19,282 nucleotides of DNA from Candidatus Eiseniibacteriota bacterium (lineage in GTDB: Bacteria; Joyebacterota; Joyebacteria; Joyebacterales; Joyebacteraceae): assembly GCA_043819135.1 (NCBI GenBank), contig JBDRFG010000095.1, forward strand, positions 1 to 19,282, written 5' to 3'. This document shows positions 16,258 to 19,282 of the stretch, one piece after another. The position numbers were made by a program, and so were the translations under genes. Position 1 is the first letter of the stretch. The number at the start of each line of letters is the position of its first letter. The notes under the pieces were generated by a model that was not told the DNA's origin, ran no database searches, and was given only the letters and a program-made list of their open reading frames with translations.

Positions 16258-16288
16258 CGACGGCCCGCCGTCTTCCGACGGGCCGTCG
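16258..16288 (-). terminator. 13-bp hairpin between the two cytochrome genes
   Basis: Minus strand CGACGGCCCGTCG-GAAGA-CGGCGGGCCGTCG followed by TCTT, just upstream of the cytochrome c RBS. Confidence 0.5.
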
Positions 16289-16334
16289 ATACCTGAAAAT
16301 GCGCTTTGGTCCAGCCCGGTGTCCGGGCGCGCCG

Positions 16335-16925
16335 CTAGTCGTTCGCGAAGAGGTAGTCGCCGTCGGCGGCGTTGGCGTGGCAGGCAATGCAGCCCATGGG
16401 CATGCCCTTTGCAACGCGTCCGGCCATGGCCATGGCCGTGTCGTTCATTGCCACCGAGCCGTCGGTGCCGTACTTCACCCAGTACCAGTCGTTGTTATCG
16501 GAGTCGTAGCCCTGCTCACGCTGGAGCATCGGCGTCACGGCTATCAGATAGTCGCCCGGGCGTTCCTTCACCATCTCGAGCGTCACGCCCTCGCCGCCGT
16601 AGTTGTCCTTGACGACCACGTGGTAGGCCATGCCGTCGATGGTGACGATGCTGTAATACATCCTGACGTACATCCCGTGAGGCGACTTGCCCGGCATAAT
16701 CTCGGACTGCATGATCCAGCCGCTATATTCGTCCATCGCCGTCCAGAGAGCCTTGGCGAAGGCGACATCCGCCTCTCCGCCGAACGGCATCTCCATCACT
16801 TCCTTCTTCATCATCATCTTCTTATCGGCCATCTCTTCCGTCTCTTCCGCGAAGACAGATGAGGCTGCGAGGACGGCTACGATGGCGACCGCGATCAGCG
16901 CGCCCGTCATAAATCTGGATCCCAT
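16335..16925 (-). CDS. Cytochrome P460 / c'-beta family periplasmic protein, Met-rich
   Basis: Signal peptide; GKSPHG, VVKDNY, GYD..NNDWYWVKY, single C-terminal CIACH followed by DYLF; RBS GGGAGGGGAG. Confidence 0.8.
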   Translation of the reverse strand: MGSRFMTGALIAVAIVAVLAASSVFAEETEEMADKKMMMKKEVMEMPFGGEADVAFAKALWTAMDEYSGWIMQSEIMPGKSPHGMYVRMYYSIVTIDGMAYHVVVKDNYGGEGVTLEMVKERPGDYLIAVTPMLQREQGYDSDNNDWYWVKYGTDGSVAMNDTAMAMAGRVAKGMPMGCIACHANAADGDYLFAND

Positions 16926-17272
16926 GTTCTCCCCTCCCTGTCGTGGCGCGCGCTCCGGGACGATTCATGAAGCGCGTGCCGGTTCCGTTCGCACTTACCT
17001 ACTGTTCGATACACCATGCGACCGCGCGATTCTAGAGAGACATACGTGACTCACGACTCGGTAATCCTTGGACGGGAACCCCGTTGGGACGCGCGCGTCC
17101 AGGATGTCGCTTGGCGGATCTCCCCGACGACTGGCGACCTGTAGACCATCAGCCCGACCGGACATGAACACGACAGCCGGGGTGAGTGGGGTCCTGTCAG
17201 CACGCAGCGGCCCGCGCTCCGCCTGCTTGTTGTAATAGACTATATCTGCGGCAGTTAGGGGAGAGATAAAGG

Positions 17273-17316
17273 TTGAGCAGTAGATATGTTTGGATATTCT
17301 AATAGCTACTGAATAT
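17273..17316 (+). promoter_or_regulatory. Candidate promoter and overlapping operator for the GbsR/MarR-LolA-ABC operon
   Basis: TTGAGC (17273-17278), 16 bp spacer, TATTCT (17295-17300); inverted repeat ATATTC-N11-GAATAT (17294-17316) in an AT-rich island. Confidence 0.5.
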
Positions 17317-17390
17317 TTTGAGTTGACGGTGCGACGTCGTTCTGCCAAATTGCCTGCATGAGACCGATCGAAGAGGGCATGGGGCGCGAC

Positions 17391-17864
17391 ATGACGCCCG
17401 GAGACCTCCGGGACTATCTTGAGCGGTGGGGGATGCTCTTCGAGCTTCTCGGAGCGACCCGGATGATGGGCAGGATTCTTGGCTGGCTGCTCGTCTGCGA
17501 TCCACCGGTGCAGTCGGCCGGAGATATCGCGAAGGCGATAGGGGCGAGCGCGGGGTCGGTGAGCACGACGACGCGGGCGTTGACCCATGCGGGGATGATC
17601 GAGCGCCTGGGTATCCCGGGTGAGCGTAGCGCTCACTTCCGCATGGGATCCGGCGTGTGGGGTGAACTCCTCAAGACGCGGATGTCGTACATCGGGCCGA
17701 TGGGCGAGCTCGTGAAGGAGGGCCTCGAGCTCAGTGGCGGGTCAGGAGAGGACGGCGCGCTCCGCCTGAGAGAACTCGGGAGCTACTGCAGCTTCATCGA
17801 ACAAGAACTCCCCGGCTTCGTTGCGCTCTGGGAGAAGACCTGGGAAGAGGAGCGGAAGACATGA
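17391..17864 (+). CDS. GbsR/MarR family transcriptional regulator
   Basis: GATRMMGRILGWLLVCDPP.QSAGDIAKAIGASAGSVSTTTRAL...IER..PGER winged HTH. Start uncertain (17358, 17379 or 17391). Confidence 0.88.
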   Translation: MTPGDLRDYLERWGMLFELLGATRMMGRILGWLLVCDPPVQSAGDIAKAIGASAGSVSTTTRALTHAGMIERLGIPGERSAHFRMGSGVWGELLKTRMSYIGPMGELVKEGLELSGGSGEDGALRLRELGSYCSFIEQELPGFVALWEKTWEEERKT

Positions 17865-18718
17865 ACGCGCCACAAAGAGAACGCGCTGCGCGTCGGTCAG
17901 CCATAGCTGCGAGCGTCCTGGCTCTGTTCGCACTGGTGGTCTGCGTCGCGCCGGCCTCCGGCCGCGAGGACACCGACCGGAAGACGGCTGTTCCCATTCA
18001 CCCGACGACCGTCACGGCGTCATCGGAGGAGGACGTCCCGGACGCCGACAGCCTGCTGAGGAGCTACGACGATCTCTATAATTCCTCGGGCACGACCGCA
18101 CGCGTCGAGATCTCCATCGTGACACCGAAGAAGACGAGGACTCTCGAGCTGAGGTTCTGGGCCAAGGGGGAAGACAAGGCGCTCATGGTGGTCGACGCGC
18201 CGCCCCGCGACGCCGGCACGGCGACGCTCAAGGTTGACAGGAACCTTTGGAACTACCTCCCGAAGATCTCGCGGACCATCCGCGTTCCGGCTTCAATGAT
18301 GATGGGTTCATGGATGGGGAGCGACCTGACGAACGACGACATCGTTCGCGACTCGTCGTTCGAGGATGACTATGAGTCCGAGGTGGTCGGACGGACAGAC
18401 GATCCGCCCGGCTGGAAGGTCAGGATGAAGGCGCGTCCGGAAGCGGTGGGGCTCTGGAACAGCGTCGAGATGGTGTTCGCCGACGACGGGGGGCTGCCCG
18501 TGATGGCGCAGTTCTTCGACCGCAAGGACCGCTTGTCGCGTACGATGCGGTTCGGAGAGGTGAAGGTGCTGGGAGGACGTCGCGTACCCACGCTCATCAC
18601 GATAGTGCCCGAGCGGGAAGAGGGGCGAAGGACGGAGTTTCGCTACCTCGATGTAGAGTTCGACGTTGAGCTGTCCGACGACACATTCAGCCTCTCGAGT
18701 CTCGAGCGCATGCACTAG
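17861..18718 (+). CDS. Outer membrane lipoprotein-sorting protein (LolA-like)
   Basis: Signal/TM N-terminus; APPRDAGTATLK..NLWNYLPKISRTIRVP.SMMMGSWMGSDLTNDD; C-terminal FSLSSL; ATGA overlap with the regulator. Confidence 0.88.
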   Translation: MNAPQRERAARRSAIAASVLALFALVVCVAPASGREDTDRKTAVPIHPTTVTASSEEDVPDADSLLRSYDDLYNSSGTTARVEISIVTPKKTRTLELRFWAKGEDKALMVVDAPPRDAGTATLKVDRNLWNYLPKISRTIRVPASMMMGSWMGSDLTNDDIVRDSSFEDDYESEVVGRTDDPPGWKVRMKARPEAVGLWNSVEMVFADDGGLPVMAQFFDRKDRLSRTMRFGEVKVLGGRRVPTLITIVPEREEGRRTEFRYLDVEFDVELSDDTFSLSSLERMH

Positions 18719-18748
18719 CCGGACGCCCGGAAGAGGAGCGCGCGCCAC

Positions 18749-19282
18749 ATGACAGGTATGAGCACGTTGCGCATAGCCTGGCGGAACCTGGGCCGAAACA
18801 GAAAGAGGTCGTCTCTCGCCCTTGCGGCGATCGCGCTCGGCCAGTTCGTCTTCCTTGCTGTCGCCGCGCTTATGCACGGCTACATGGACGAGTTCCACGC
18901 GTCGATTACGGGCCCGATGATCGGTCACGCCCAGGTGCACGCCGAGGGGTGGCTGAAGGACCGGTCCATCGACTTCACCATAGACAACCTCGCAGAAGCG
19001 CTCGACAAGATTCGCGCGGACCCCCAGGTCGCGCACGTTTCGGCGCGCACCTACGCTCCCGTTCTCACGGCGCTTACGGAAGAGGGGTTCATGAGCTTCG
19101 TTGTGGGCGTGGACCCCGGCTCCGAGTCGCACCCCGACGGCCTGTTGCCGGGGCTCGACGCGACCGCTCTCATGGGAGAGGGTCAGGTTCTCGTGGGCAG
19201 CGGCTTCGCTCGCAGGTACGGGATCGAGCCGGGCGACGAGCTCGCTCTTGTGGGGCAGGACGTCGATGGCTCCATAGCCAGC
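18749..19282 (+). CDS. ABC transporter permease, FtsX/LolC-E/MacB family (partial; runs off the window end)
   Basis: Not in the ORF track. RBS GAGGAG, ATG 18749; MTGMSTLRIAWRNLGRNRKRSSLALAAIALGQ..., GHAQVH, VGVDP..E, VLVG..FA...GIEPGD; no stop before the end. Confidence 0.9.
   Translation, partial: MTGMSTLRIAWRNLGRNRKRSSLALAAIALGQFVFLAVAALMHGYMDEFHASITGPMIGHAQVHAEGWLKDRSIDFTIDNLAEALDKIRADPQVAHVSARTYAPVLTALTEEGFMSFVVGVDPGSESHPDGLLPGLDATALMGEGQVLVGSGFARRYGIEPGDELALVGQDVDGSIAS

Noticed and set aside
17040..17225. Several short stems and a CGTGACTCACG palindrome upstream of the P460 gene
   Set aside because: No recognisable riboswitch, the spacing does not match CRP/FNR boxes, and the stems are plausible by chance at this GC content.

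Overview
GC-rich bacterial chromosomal window. A C25 peptidase with a FlgD-Ig/T9SS-like C-terminal domain suggests an FCB-group lineage such as Eisenbacteria or Latescibacteria relatives (inference only). Order: a partial membrane-anchored hypothetical gene (-), then a divergent + strand housekeeping run (nfi, small Zn-ribbon protein, HAD hydrolase, acpS, nnr, M20 amidohydrolase, thiL). This run continues into two tandem secreted beta-helix paralogs, both ending in a short PV(E/D)xx(S/T)WGxVKALF tail. Next is a separately promoted gingipain-like C25 peptidase whose 5' leader holds a strong intrinsic-terminator hairpin, then a ~400 bp highly structured gap between convergent genes. The - strand block encodes an MBL-fold hydrolase, an archaeal-type threonyl-tRNA synthetase with its own sigma70 promoter and structured leader, an ECF S component coupled to an FmdE-family gene, a membrane-anchored cytochrome c and a Met-rich cytochrome P460-family protein. 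The window ends with a GbsR/MarR regulator, a LolA-like protein and a partial ABC permease (+). No rRNA, tRNA, CRISPR array or transposase was seen. Best leads: the WGxVK C-terminal tail as a candidate sorting signal beside a C25 peptidase, the archaeal ThrRS, the attenuator-like C25 leader, and the unassigned structured RNA at 11069-11344.
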